Below, piece by piece: positions 29,168 to 38,522 of a DNA stretch of 64,000 nucleotides. Each line of letters opens with the position of its first letter. Positions within the stretch are counted from its first letter, which is position 1. Where the stretch lies: contig JAQUHK010000002.1 of the NCBI GenBank assembly GCA_028683655.1, positions 996 through 64,995 of the forward strand. The letters are read 5' to 3'. The translations under genes were made by a program, and so were the position numbers. This stretch comes from Alphaproteobacteria bacterium. GTDB taxonomy: Bacteria > Pseudomonadota > Alphaproteobacteria > UBA9219. Below the pieces are notes generated by a model. The model did no database searches. It was not told where the DNA came from and was given only the letters and a program-made list of their open reading frames with translations.

Positions 29168-29821
29168 TTACTTTCGTTTCTTTTTGGGCAGGCCGGAGCT
29201 TTTTGCCCAGAAAGCATCGAACTCACGAAGGTAACGCTGGGCGACCTGCTTGGAATAGATGGTTACGCATTCGCGTTTGGAGGCGTTATCTGTCAGCGGG
29301 ATAACGACATAGTCCCCATAAAGGTACCACGGGGCCACATCCTTAAACTCGTCATCAAGGAGCTTATAGCTGCAATAGCTGAGCGGTGCCCCCAGCTCAC
29401 CTTCTTGCACAAGAACCTTGGCATCCAGCCCTTCGATGGCTTCCATGCGTGCAATATGTTCGGCGGCATAATCGTCGGCAATCGGCATATAACGCGCATC
29501 CCCGAAATTGAACTGGCGAATACGACCACCTTTGCGCACAGTTTCGTAAATATGGTCGAGAAGCTGGCGATACCCAGTTTTTCCGCTGTAGGTACGCATC
29601 TGGTGCTTGCGGACACAAACGCCTTCATTCTCGGTAAACTCGATCCCTTCCTGATCCAAAACAGTCAGGATACGCGCTAGCGTTCTTTCTTGGGGCTGCA
29701 CGGTTTCATTTTCAATCTGGCGGATCGTCAGGCGCGTCAGCTCGCACTGATCGGCCAATTCTTCCATCGACCAACCGAGAAGCCCACGTGCGCCCCGTAT
29801 CTGTCTGCCTGTAATGCTCAT
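29168..29821 (-). CDS. XRE-family HTH regulator with C-terminal unknown domain (217 aa)
   Basis: MSITGRQIRGARGLLGWSMEELADQCELTRLTIRQIENE. Near-identical copy at 53523..54176. Confidence 0.7.
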   Translation of the reverse strand: MSITGRQIRGARGLLGWSMEELADQCELTRLTIRQIENETVQPQERTLARILTVLDQEGIEFTENEGVCVRKHQMRTYSGKTGYRQLLDHIYETVRKGGRIRQFNFGDARYMPIADDYAAEHIARMEAIEGLDAKVLVQEGELGAPLSYCSYKLLDDEFKDVAPWYLYGDYVVIPLTDNASKRECVTIYSKQVAQRYLREFDAFWAKSSGLPKKKRK

Positions 29822-30138
29822 AACGCTTCATCCTTCTAAAATAATCATTATGGTTGTTTATACCATATGAATATGAAGAAAGCGAGAACATTCTTATGGT
29901 GTAACGTTCGAAATCTGCAAAAAATGTTTGGTCTGGTCAACAGGAATACGGCTGAACTGCCTCATAAACGTTGTTTATCAATACATTAGCCGCTAAATCC
30001 ATTCTGAAAGCAATTTGCAATCATTTTGTATATTCGTATTGACATCGTAACAGAAAGGTGCTATGGTGCCTCTCAGATTGATAAGAAACTTTAGTAGCCA
30101 TAGCCCAAACCGATTTTTAGCACCAAAGGATGAAGACC

Positions 30139-30660
30139 ATGAAAAAATCCCTTAAGAGAACGACCCAGAAGGTCAGAGCGGAGCAGGCTCCATGCCCCGA
30201 ACGCTTCCAGCACAGCGGTGGGCTGCGCCGCGATCTTGTCAAAAGCAATGGCAAGAAGAAGCTAGATACGTTGCGTTACCGTGCCCGCTGGTCGAGCCCG
30301 CTCGACCGCTATTGTGAGAAGAAGCTGATCGGCTATGCCCAATATGAGGCGGGCATCCGGTTCTGGAAGGCCTATCACCACGCCGTGTCGGGCGGAGCCG
30401 CCTGTTCGGTGCGTGCCAGCCGCATCGATAGCCCTGCGCGGCTTGGTCTGCCGGATCGTTTGCGCCGCGCCCTAGCTTATGTCGAACAAGCCTATGCCGT
30501 CCTCACCGCCGATGTGCTTGGTGTTGTGATCGACGTATGCGCCTATGACCAGCCAGCAGCCAGCCCGCAGGAGCTAGGCCTGTTGCGCAAAGGCCTTGGC
30601 CGCTTGGCACAAGAATGGGGGATGGCGGCAACGGAGCTGTGCCAGCCAAGACGCAGCTAG
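30139..30660 (+). CDS. Conserved backbone hypothetical protein (about 173 aa)
   Basis: Paralog at 54496..55017. aaagga RBS before the ATG. Confidence 0.5.
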   Translation: MKKSLKRTTQKVRAEQAPCPERFQHSGGLRRDLVKSNGKKKLDTLRYRARWSSPLDRYCEKKLIGYAQYEAGIRFWKAYHHAVSGGAACSVRASRIDSPARLGLPDRLRRALAYVEQAYAVLTADVLGVVIDVCAYDQPAASPQELGLLRKGLGRLAQEWGMAATELCQPRRS

Positions 30661-30711
30661 CCCCAACCAGTTTTATACTCGGTCAGTCATTTTAAGAGAG
30701 AACATTAACGA

Positions 30712-30744
30712 CCCCCAGTCCGGCCAGACTGGGGGTTTCTTTTT
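30712..30744 (+). terminator. Rho-independent terminator (GC hairpin plus T-run)
   Basis: CCCCCAGTC-CGGCCA-GACTGGGGG followed by TTTCTTTTT. Identical element at 55070..55102. Confidence 0.6.
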
Positions 30745-30765
30745 GCCTAGATCAGATCGTGAAAA

Positions 30766-30789
30766 GGTTGGCGGCTACGCCTGCCAACC
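30766..30789. promoter_or_regulatory. Inverted repeat GGTTGGC-N10-GCCAACC upstream of mobC; candidate oriT / MobC-relaxase binding site
   Basis: Seen in sequence; conserved at 55124..55147 before the second mobC. Confidence 0.3.
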
Positions 30790-30832
30790 GTTCGCGTGAA
30801 TCTGATCGATAACCAAAGAAAGGAGGCCCCTT

Positions 30833-31417
30833 ATGTCCTCAGACACAAACAACCGCCCGCCCATCACCCCTCAGTTCCGGCACACAGCCCGCGCCGTGTG
30901 TCGACCCCTCGGTCTTTATGACAGCCTGAAAAATCAAGTCCCGCCCCAAAGCGGCGAGACACAAGAACGGTCAGACACTTTGTCTGACAAAAAAGCTAAA
31001 AGCTTCGCGCAAGTTGCGCCTTTGGTCAGACCACCAGTGGTCAGACCAAAGCCATGCGAGCTAAAGCTCGGAAGAGAAAGACCTCATCGCCTGATGGCAA
31101 GGTTCTCCGACGATGAAAAGGCTTTCGTTCAGCGGAAGGCAAAAACCGCCCGCCTATCGTTGAGCGAATATATCCGTGTCTCGGTCTTGGGGGATGTCTA
31201 TGTCTCGACCGTTGATCCGGAGCGGCAAAAGCTTCTGCACGATTTGAGCCGTGAGCTTGGTTATCAGGGCAACAACCTTAACCAGATCGCCAAACACCTC
31301 AATGCAGGCGGGGAGTCCCAGCAAGGCGAAGGCATGCTGGCGGCGATCTTTGACTCGCTTGTTGACGCTCACAATGCCGTGCGCCGCGCCATGGCAGAAA
31401 GGAAGCGTTATGAATGA
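30833..31417 (+). CDS. mobC: MobC-family mobilization protein (ribbon-helix-helix)
   Basis: RLSLSEYIRVSVLG and LSRELGYQGNNLNQIAKHLN match MobC hallmark motifs. Confidence 0.8.
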   Translation: MSSDTNNRPPITPQFRHTARAVCRPLGLYDSLKNQVPPQSGETQERSDTLSDKKAKSFAQVAPLVRPPVVRPKPCELKLGRERPHRLMARFSDDEKAFVQRKAKTARLSLSEYIRVSVLGDVYVSTVDPERQKLLHDLSRELGYQGNNLNQIAKHLNAGGESQQGEGMLAAIFDSLVDAHNAVRRAMAERKRYE

Positions 31418-32157
31418 TTATTAAATCAACCATACGCGGCGGCTATCTTTCGGCGGCCCAATATATGAAGGATATTGGCGAGAACGAGAAAACGCGCATT
31501 GTTGAACTGAGTGATCCAAAGGCCAAAGACCTTGACGATGCCTGTTATAAGATGTGGGTGATCGCTTGCCCAACCAAGGTTAAAAAGCCGCTTCACCACA
31601 TCAGCATCAACCCGATGAAGGGCGAGCATCTGACCGACAAGCAGGTTCTGGCCATCGCGGACAGGTGCGAAGAGGTTTATGGCTATAAAATGTTTCATCA
31701 CCAGCGTGTGATTGTCGAACACGTCAAGGACGGGCGGCAGCACTTTCACGTTATCTGGAACCGCGTGAGCCTTGTCACGGGCACGACAGTATGGCCGGGG
31801 CATCACTGGAAAAAGTCCAAGCAAGTCGCTCGCGAGATGGAAGTCAGGCTTGGCCTTAAACGACCACAGCCAAGGAGTACGGGAGCCAAGGGAAGCAAAA
31901 CGAGAACAGCAAAACCGCGTTCGACAGGCTTGCGATTATCGAATCCGGACAGGAAGTCACCTCAAACAAAAAGCAAGTCCACGCCGCCGCCAGCTCGCTA
32001 TAGACCGGAGAGAAAGAAGGCCGCGCCACCACCGCCTATGCAGCCCACGCACCCCAAGAAAAAACGCTGGCCAGAGCAAGCCATCATCGACTGGGAAGTC
32101 TGGGGTCATTTATGGCCGAGGCGCTTCTTCGCGCTCTGGCCGGAACTGACGATTTAA
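31414..32157 (+). CDS. MobA/MobL-type relaxase (relaxase/mobilisation nuclease domain)
   Basis: N-term MIIKSTIRGGYLSAAQYM (catalytic Tyr region); HHISINP; HFHVIWNRV histidine triad. ATGA overlap with mobC. Confidence 0.75.
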   Translation: MIIKSTIRGGYLSAAQYMKDIGENEKTRIVELSDPKAKDLDDACYKMWVIACPTKVKKPLHHISINPMKGEHLTDKQVLAIADRCEEVYGYKMFHHQRVIVEHVKDGRQHFHVIWNRVSLVTGTTVWPGHHWKKSKQVAREMEVRLGLKRPQPRSTGAKGSKTRTAKPRSTGLRLSNPDRKSPQTKSKSTPPPARYRPERKKAAPPPPMQPTHPKKKRWPEQAIIDWEVWGHLWPRRFFALWPELTI

Positions 32158-32594
32158 GGAGCTTCGTTGCGTTCGCCCAAATCCTGATAAAAACGCAGCA
32201 TATAGCCGTCCGGATCAAGAACGATAAATTGTCGGTTGCCGACATAAACATCATCGGCCCGATACCATTTTTCTTCAATGGGAAGGAAGACTGTAGCTCC
32301 GGCTTTTTGTACGCGAGCATAAAGACCGTCAACGTCATCCGTTTCGATTTGCAGGTTCATACCACGACCAAATGGAGGCTCCAGCGACGCGGCAGTCCAG
32401 CTCCTGTCGCTGCTGGGGACAAGTTCGTCGAGCATGATCCGTGCGCCTTGGCGTTCGAGCATGGCGAAGCCTTCTTCTTCTCGCTGATACTGAACCTTGA
32501 AACCCAGCACATCGAGATAGAAAGACAAGCTTCCCTTAATGTCGCGGCACATGAGTTCCGGTGTCAGGACTGTATACAAAAAATCATTACTCAT
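32154..32594 (-). CDS. VOC / glyoxalase-bleomycin-resistance family protein
   Basis: MSNDFLYTVLTPELMCRDIKGSLSFYLDVLGFKV is a typical VOC N-terminus. Island A only; a remnant is at 56433..56684. Confidence 0.6.
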   Translation of the reverse strand: MSNDFLYTVLTPELMCRDIKGSLSFYLDVLGFKVQYQREEEGFAMLERQGARIMLDELVPSSDRSWTAASLEPPFGRGMNLQIETDDVDGLYARVQKAGATVFLPIEEKWYRADDVYVGNRQFIVLDPDGYMLRFYQDLGERNEAP

Positions 32595-32863
32595 CACAAA
32601 CCTCATACAGAGAAAGGGGATCATGCCACCGAACCGCATTAAAACAAAATCATTTTACCTATCGAAACACAAACGCCGCGTTTATCGCGTCATGGAGGAA
32701 AACACAGCCACAGTATTCTTTTTATCAAAAACCCAAGCCGCCCTTTATGTCCTCGGACGGCAACTCATGAAGATGATGGACAAACAGCAATAAACCTCAA
32801 ACCCGCTCCGTAAGGAGCTTCTTTTAACCCACCCGCCGGAACGCCTTCCGAGCGGGATTTTTT

Positions 32864-33856
32864 ATGGAGAAACGCATGGAACAGACCAACAAATTTAACA
32901 TCTACAGCCACGTCACGGACAAGATCATTGCCGACCTCGAAAAGGGCGTTCGTCCTTGGCAAAAACCTTGGAACTCTGCCCACACAAGTGGGCGCATTGT
33001 CCGCCCGCGCCGTCACAATGGTCTGCCTTATAACGGTGTCAACATCCTGCTTTTGTGGAGCGAGGCCTATGACAAGGGCTATCAAAGCCCCACATGGATG
33101 ACTTTCCGGCAAGCGCAAGAATATGGTGGTCACATCCGCAAAGGTGAGAAGTCTTGCACCGTTGTTTACGCCAGCACCTTCAGCAAAACCGAACAAGACG
33201 AGACGACAGGCAAGGATATTGAAAAGGATATTCCCTTCCTGAAGGGCTATCGCGTCTTTAATGCCGAGCAAATCGAAGGCCTGCCGGAACGGTTCACAGT
33301 TCAACCAGAGACGAGCGAGCTTTCCAAACCTGAACGGCTTGATCTTGTCGATCAGTTCATTCGCAACACAGGAGCCGACCTGCGCCATGGCGGCGATAAG
33401 GCCTTTTATGCCGAAACGCCGGATTATATCCGCGTGCCGCGTATAGAGGCTTTCAAGGAACCCGAAAGTTATTACGGCACCCTGACGCATGAGCTGACGC
33501 ACTGGACAAAACACAAAAGCCGTCTTGAGCGGACTTTTGTAACCGACTGCAACGCGCCAAGAAGCTTCGGCGATGAATCTTATGCGAAGGAAGAACTCGT
33601 CGCCGAAATCGGCTCGGCGTTCTTGTGTGCCGATCTCGGCATCACGCCAGAAGTCCGTGAAGACCATGCGTCCTATATCGGTCACTGGCTCAAGGCTCTG
33701 AAAGATGATCGCAAGCTGATCTTCTCAGCCGCCGCCCATGCAGGCCGCGCCTCTGAATATCTGAAAGACCTGCAAAGCAAAGTCACGTGTGTGCCCACGC
33801 CGCCCAGTGCAGCCGCGCCAACGTTATTGCCCGCGACAACCTTGGCTCAACAATGA
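32864..33856 (+). CDS. ardC: ArdC-like antirestriction protein (N-terminal ssDNA-binding domain plus C-terminal zincin HExxH metallopeptidase)
   Basis: KIIADLEKGVRPWQKPW N-domain; HELTHWTKH zinc-binding motif. Confidence 0.8.
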   Translation: MEKRMEQTNKFNIYSHVTDKIIADLEKGVRPWQKPWNSAHTSGRIVRPRRHNGLPYNGVNILLLWSEAYDKGYQSPTWMTFRQAQEYGGHIRKGEKSCTVVYASTFSKTEQDETTGKDIEKDIPFLKGYRVFNAEQIEGLPERFTVQPETSELSKPERLDLVDQFIRNTGADLRHGGDKAFYAETPDYIRVPRIEAFKEPESYYGTLTHELTHWTKHKSRLERTFVTDCNAPRSFGDESYAKEELVAEIGSAFLCADLGITPEVREDHASYIGHWLKALKDDRKLIFSAAAHAGRASEYLKDLQSKVTCVPTPPSAAAPTLLPATTLAQQ

Positions 33857-33869
33857 TGGGAGGTTCTGC

Positions 33870-34289
33870 ATGACAGAAAACAATCCTTATCAAAGCATAC
33901 ACGGGGGCAGGGAAGAGCGGCTCGATTTTCCAGAATTAAAGGAACTTCCCAGTCTCGCCACCGCAAGTCAAATTGCCTGCTTTTTAAAATGTTCGAGACG
34001 GCATGTTTTGAATGAGTGCCATGCCGGACGCATTGAGTTCGTCAACATTGCAGGCCGTTTTTTAATCACACCACACAGTCTCAAAAATTATATTCAAGAA
34101 AGGATACAACCATGTCAAAGAGCAATAAAGGAGCCTATCTCAAATGGATTGAAGCGCGTAACGCGTGGTACATTGTCTGGTTCGAACACGGACGCGAGTA
34201 CAAGAAATCGACGGGCACTCGAAATCGCATTGAAGCTGACCAAGCACTCAGTTTGCACAACATCGAAAAAGACCAACCCATTGACATAG
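33870..34289 (+). CDS. AlpA/excisionase-like HTH protein (putative Xis); 3' end overlaps the integrase by about 177 nt in another frame
   Basis: ELPSLATASQIACFLKCSRRHVLNECHAGRIEFVNIAGRFLI is an AlpA-like HTH. The true stop is uncertain. Confidence 0.4.
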   Translation: MTENNPYQSIHGGREERLDFPELKELPSLATASQIACFLKCSRRHVLNECHAGRIEFVNIAGRFLITPHSLKNYIQERIQPCQRAIKEPISNGLKRVTRGTLSGSNTDASTRNRRALEIALKLTKHSVCTTSKKTNPLT

Positions 34290-35272
34290 TAAGCCCGACA
34301 CGCCGCATTATTGCAGATGTCCTTGTCTCATATGCTGAAGAACATGCCGTTCATGTTGCAAGCTCGACAACGATTGGCTTTAACATCAAGGCACTCATTC
34401 CATTTTGGGGACACCGTACCGTAGCCGATGTGCGCCCTGTGGCTTGCCGCGAATATCTGGCCTATCGACACAAGAATGCCCGCAGACAGGGTAAAACGCT
34501 TTCCGATGCTACTATATCACGGGAACTTGGGGTTCTCGCGGCAGCGATCCGACACGACTATAAACAGGGCCGCCTTGCTGCTCCGGCTCCCGTTTGGAAA
34601 CCAGCGCAATCTGCTCCGAAAGACCGTTGGTTGACGCGTGAAGAGGTCGCTCATCTGCTTAGAACTGCCCGTAACAAGAGGAGAGCAGACCACAAACATG
34701 AAAGTCGAACGCGCACGCACTCTTTCTCGCGTTGGCATTTGTCTTTCTTCATTCTTTTGGCTCTTTATACTGCTGCCAGAAAAGAGGCCATTCTGACACT
34801 GACTTGGTCACAGGTTGATCTTCAGAAAGGCATTATTGACCTGAACAAGCAGGGAGCCAAAATCACGAACAAACGTCGGGCCATTGTCCCCATACCGAGA
34901 AAGTTGATGACGTTTCTTCGTATTGCCAAAAGCCGTGCGCCTGAAATTTGCGACGACAAATGCGTGATGGATTACTTTGGCAAGCCAATTCTACGCATTG
35001 ACCAGAGCTTCCGTCGTGTTGTCGCAGATGCAGGATTGAAGAAGGTTACACCTCACACACTGCGCCACACAGCAGCAACATGGATGGCACAGGCAGGCGT
35101 GCCCATGTGGGTTATTTCAAAATACCTTGGCCACACCAGCACACGGACGACCGAGCGCATCTATGCTCATCACAATCCAGACTTTTTGGTTGAAGCAAAA
35201 GAGGCGTTGGAGAGGGGTGCAGGTAAGCAGAAAGAAGTGATCAAGAATCTTTCCACACCGTCACCATGCTGA
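34112..35272 (+). CDS. int: Tyrosine-type site-specific integrase (island A)
   Basis: TPHTLRHTAATWMAQAGVPMWVISKYLGHTSTRTTERIYAHH (R...HxxR...Y catalytic box). Confidence 0.85.
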   Translation: MSKSNKGAYLKWIEARNAWYIVWFEHGREYKKSTGTRNRIEADQALSLHNIEKDQPIDIVSPTRRIIADVLVSYAEEHAVHVASSTTIGFNIKALIPFWGHRTVADVRPVACREYLAYRHKNARRQGKTLSDATISRELGVLAAAIRHDYKQGRLAAPAPVWKPAQSAPKDRWLTREEVAHLLRTARNKRRADHKHESRTRTHSFSRWHLSFFILLALYTAARKEAILTLTWSQVDLQKGIIDLNKQGAKITNKRRAIVPIPRKLMTFLRIAKSRAPEICDDKCVMDYFGKPILRIDQSFRRVVADAGLKKVTPHTLRHTAATWMAQAGVPMWVISKYLGHTSTRTTERIYAHHNPDFLVEAKEALERGAGKQKEVIKNLSTPSPC

Positions 35273-35428
35273 TGACATGATGTATCAGAGCAGGCTCACA
35301 CCGTTATCCCCGCTGGCACAGGCCAGCGGGTGTAGCGCAGAGGCCGGTACACGGGGGTTCTCTGTCACCCTTCGCAAATATTTGTTGCTATGTTGCGTAA
35401 GAAGAGACTAGAGAACACGATCTGATCA

Positions 35429-35902
35429 TTACAGGTTATTAAATATGGGGTATCCACATCTAAGACAGTTTTCCAAGCCCAGTGCGCTGTTGTAATGGAC
35501 GCCACCGCCCCATCCACACTGTGGGCAAAATTCATCTATCTCAGTATCAAGCCACTCCCATGGACCTATATATTCTGGAACAGCATCGTTATCGCAGCCA
35601 AGAAACTCTCCTACATTTGCTTGAACGCAGATAAAAGATGACGTGCTTTCAGTCTTCAACTCATCCAGTACGTTCCATGGCTCAATGGAAAACCATTCGC
35701 CATTAAGCCTGTATTTTTCATACTTTTTGTGAAGTTGCTTTTCATGCGACTGGTCAGCAGTTTCAACCCAACCCATTATTGCAAGTTTTCTAGAATTTCC
35801 TGTCTGGAGTTGTATAATTCTGTCATTTGGAGCACGACTAAACCCAATCTTGATTCTAGAATTATCACTGTCCTCATTTTCGATAATAAAATATGTACAC
35901 AT
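35429..35902 (-). CDS. T5orf172 (GIY-YIG-like) domain protein with C-terminal zinc ribbon
   Basis: RIKIGFSRAPNDRIIQLQTGNSRKLAIMGW...HEKQLHKKYEKYRLNGEWFSI; CPQCGW...CLRCGYP. Confidence 0.55.
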   Translation of the reverse strand: MCTYFIIENEDSDNSRIKIGFSRAPNDRIIQLQTGNSRKLAIMGWVETADQSHEKQLHKKYEKYRLNGEWFSIEPWNVLDELKTESTSSFICVQANVGEFLGCDNDAVPEYIGPWEWLDTEIDEFCPQCGWGGGVHYNSALGLENCLRCGYPIFNNL

Positions 35903-35952
35903 ATAAAGCCCAATCTTGCTATAGCCATAAAAGGTTACTTACAAAAAAAACA

Positions 35953-36198
35953 TTAAGACTCTGGCCCTTCCTCATCAGAGAAAAAGTCAGCGACTTCAGT
36001 ATTTATATGCTCAACCATTGAGATAATGCTCTCCTTCTCTGTATCAGTAAATTTACCCTCCAACTCAGGCTCATCTAGCCTTCTTGTATTGATCAGATCT
36101 TTGATCATGTCGGTATAACTAAATGCTGTCTTTTCACCAGCAACCAGTTTATGAACCGATATTTCTAACTCTTCATTTTTGCTAAATACCAATTTCAT
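35953..36198 (-). CDS. Small acidic hypothetical protein (81 aa)
   Basis: ORF overlaps the downstream gene start by 4 nt (operon-like). Confidence 0.35.
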   Translation of the reverse strand: MKLVFSKNEELEISVHKLVAGEKTAFSYTDMIKDLINTRRLDEPELEGKFTDTEKESIISMVEHINTEVADFFSDEEGPES

Positions 36199-38522
36199 TC
36201 TTCACCTCGAAAGTCTTTGAGATTGTACTTCTTTACTCGCTTTTTAATTGATGATTTTCCTCCGTCTGCGACTTCGGCTACTAGGTCTACCACGCTCTTT
36301 CCACCAATACTGCCCTCTAGTGGATTTGAAGAGATAGTTATTTTATTATTATCATTAGTACACATCACTATGTTTTGGGCATCACCTAACATAGGTATTG
36401 TGGCGTTATGAGAAACAAGAATGATTTGTTTTTTTAATTTGCATTTCTTGATCGCTGAAAGTAGTCCTGCGTTAATATAGCTGGTGGCAAGGTTATCTTC
36501 TGGCTGATCAATTATTAAAGGCGCACAATCAGAATCCCATCCAAGCACCAAGTCTAGAATGACGGATGTCTTCCACCCAGCACTCAAATGATCAAAGTTT
36601 CTTCCGTCCTTTGTTATGATTTTGTAGGTTTTTTTATTCATTTCTGAAAACCTACGGTTCACATAGTTCTCGAACTCTTGATAACTAGTGATCTTAGGGT
36701 CTCTTCTCTTAAACCTGTCTTTAAACAAGGACTCTGGCGTTATTCCTTCAAATGAACCAATCTGTATATCTGCTCTAAGGGTTTCGTTTATTACCTCCAG
36801 AAAGCTGTTCTTAGATAACTCAAACTTATTCTCAATATGAAGTCTATGCCCCATGGAAACGATTGGTTTATTATCAATCGTTATTGAGAACTGAGATATT
36901 TTGTCCAGTGCTTCATAAAACTGTTTGTGGTATTTCAAATATTTTTCCATACTATCCAATAATTTTTGAAAGCTTTGCGTTCTCGATTTAACCTTTTGAT
37001 CTTCTTTCTCCTGAGCATTATCTAATTCTAACCTATGCTCCTCAATTACTTCTCTAACAGTTTTTTCAAGAAGAGAGTTATTGAACGCTTCAATTAATTC
37101 ATTATTTAGGGCCTCAACTAATTTAGTGTCGTGCGTTACGGTGGGATTGCTTGAGAGGATTCTATCTATTTCATCAAGAACTCTCTTGTGACGATCATAA
37201 TCTGCTTCTGAATAACCAATTAACTTCGACTCCCTATCATTTGGTAGAATAAACCGTATAGGATTATCATGAATTTCTTCTGTAACTATCAATCTAGATA
37301 AGGCGGGGATTTTGCTTAACGCTCCGTGCAATAATTCTATTTCTGTTATAGACTGAGCAAGGTCTGTTAGATTAGAGCTTAGGTCATGTAAGACATTTAC
37401 AATTTTTTGTCTTTCAACTTCATCGGGAGGGAAAACGCTTTTTAAAATTGAAATATTCTCAATAGTATTGTTGCGATCTCTGTGATCACAAACTTTCATA
37501 ATATAGTTCTGATTAAAATAATGTGGGTGTTGTCCTGATGGATTTTTAACCTCTATATCTTTTATGTTGTAAGGAGTTCTAATGTAATCACTCTCTTCAA
37601 TTTTATTCACAATTTTACGATACAAAGAATCAACAAATAATGATTTTCCACTAGAAGAACCGCCGATCACAACATTTAATCCAGGTGTCAGCTTTACGTC
37701 TATGTCAATATTTTCATTTTTGAGTGAGACCGATTCAATACATTCAACCCAAGCATCTGGTTTTTTATCATATACCAACCTAGATGATTCAGAGAGCGAC
37801 AACCTAAGACCACTGAATGTTGGAGATGCGAGCATCCATGTTGGGACAAAATTTGATGCCTCTTGACCTGCTTTACAATCAGGATAGGTTTCGGGCGTGT
37901 AATTGTCTGAGGCAGTGATTAGGTTTACAAACTCCTTTATGCCTAGACGCTCAAAATAGTTATGCGTTCTTTCTAAACCACTAGTTCCTCTCGCTGTAAA
38001 TCCATCAAAATGATTGTAATAGATATTTCTTTCCATGGTTTTGTCGAACTCGACCCCATTTGGTATCGATTTATCAAATGTAGAGTGGTTTTGTCCTCCA
38101 TGCGGAAGCAGTAAAAACTCATAATTATCGAAACAATTCATTATTGCTTCTAAACTTGGAACATCATCATCATTGGTAACAGTTTTTTTAGGATACAGAC
38201 TGTCTAGTTTTTTATTAACGTCATCAATAATTGTTTCGTTGATTTTTTCAGCGTTAAAAATCATATGACAATGATAAGGCCTGCATTCTGTATAGTTTCT
38301 TATATGTAGTTCTACACCGAGAAGGATATTGTCAACAGATTGAACAGCTTCCAAATATACCTTTTTGTTGATAAAGTTATGATCCGTTATGGAGATTAAG
38401 TATGGCTGTTCCTCTGCAATTTTTTCTATGCCTGCTATTAGCGCCTCCAAATCATAATTCTCATTAGGGCAGTCAGGATTCTCTGAAGTGTGGATATGAA
38501 CATCGATGAATACTGGTTGCAT
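36195..38522 (-). CDS. PHP-domain phosphoesterase fused to ABC/SMC-like ATPase (Ppl-like candidate anti-phage protein)
   Basis: N-term FIDVHIHTS and ISITDHN (PHP His motifs); Walker A GGSSSGKS; Walker B PLIIDQPEDNL. Confidence 0.6.
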   Translation of the reverse strand: MQPVFIDVHIHTSENPDCPNENYDLEALIAGIEKIAEEQPYLISITDHNFINKKVYLEAVQSVDNILLGVELHIRNYTECRPYHCHMIFNAEKINETIIDDVNKKLDSLYPKKTVTNDDDVPSLEAIMNCFDNYEFLLLPHGGQNHSTFDKSIPNGVEFDKTMERNIYYNHFDGFTARGTSGLERTHNYFERLGIKEFVNLITASDNYTPETYPDCKAGQEASNFVPTWMLASPTFSGLRLSLSESSRLVYDKKPDAWVECIESVSLKNENIDIDVKLTPGLNVVIGGSSSGKSLFVDSLYRKIVNKIEESDYIRTPYNIKDIEVKNPSGQHPHYFNQNYIMKVCDHRDRNNTIENISILKSVFPPDEVERQKIVNVLHDLSSNLTDLAQSITEIELLHGALSKIPALSRLIVTEEIHDNPIRFILPNDRESKLIGYSEADYDRHKRVLDEIDRILSSNPTVTHDTKLVEALNNELIEAFNNSLLEKTVREVIEEHRLELDNAQEKEDQKVKSRTQSFQKLLDSMEKYLKYHKQFYEALDKISQFSITIDNKPIVSMGHRLHIENKFELSKNSFLEVINETLRADIQIGSFEGITPESLFKDRFKRRDPKITSYQEFENYVNRRFSEMNKKTYKIITKDGRNFDHLSAGWKTSVILDLVLGWDSDCAPLIIDQPEDNLATSYINAGLLSAIKKCKLKKQIILVSHNATIPMLGDAQNIVMCTNDNNKITISSNPLEGSIGGKSVVDLVAEVADGGKSSIKKRVKKYNLKDFRGEE

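Noticed and set aside
31426-31824. Antisense ORF inside the relaxase gene (and 55783..56181)
   Set aside because: The relaxase motifs on the plus strand are convincing; the antisense ORF has no support.
32765-33685. 306-aa minus-strand ORF antisense to ardC (and its twin 56662..57603)
   Set aside because: Fully contained antisense within well-supported ArdC genes (HExxH and N-domain motifs). Translation is Arg/Ala-rich and junk-like.
35314-35370. tRNA-like looking segment (gggtgtagcgcagaggccggtacacgggggttc) and 9-bp hairpin after the island A integrase
   Set aside because: It cannot be folded into a cloverleaf (no matching D/T stems or acceptor). It is probably just a stem-loop downstream of int.
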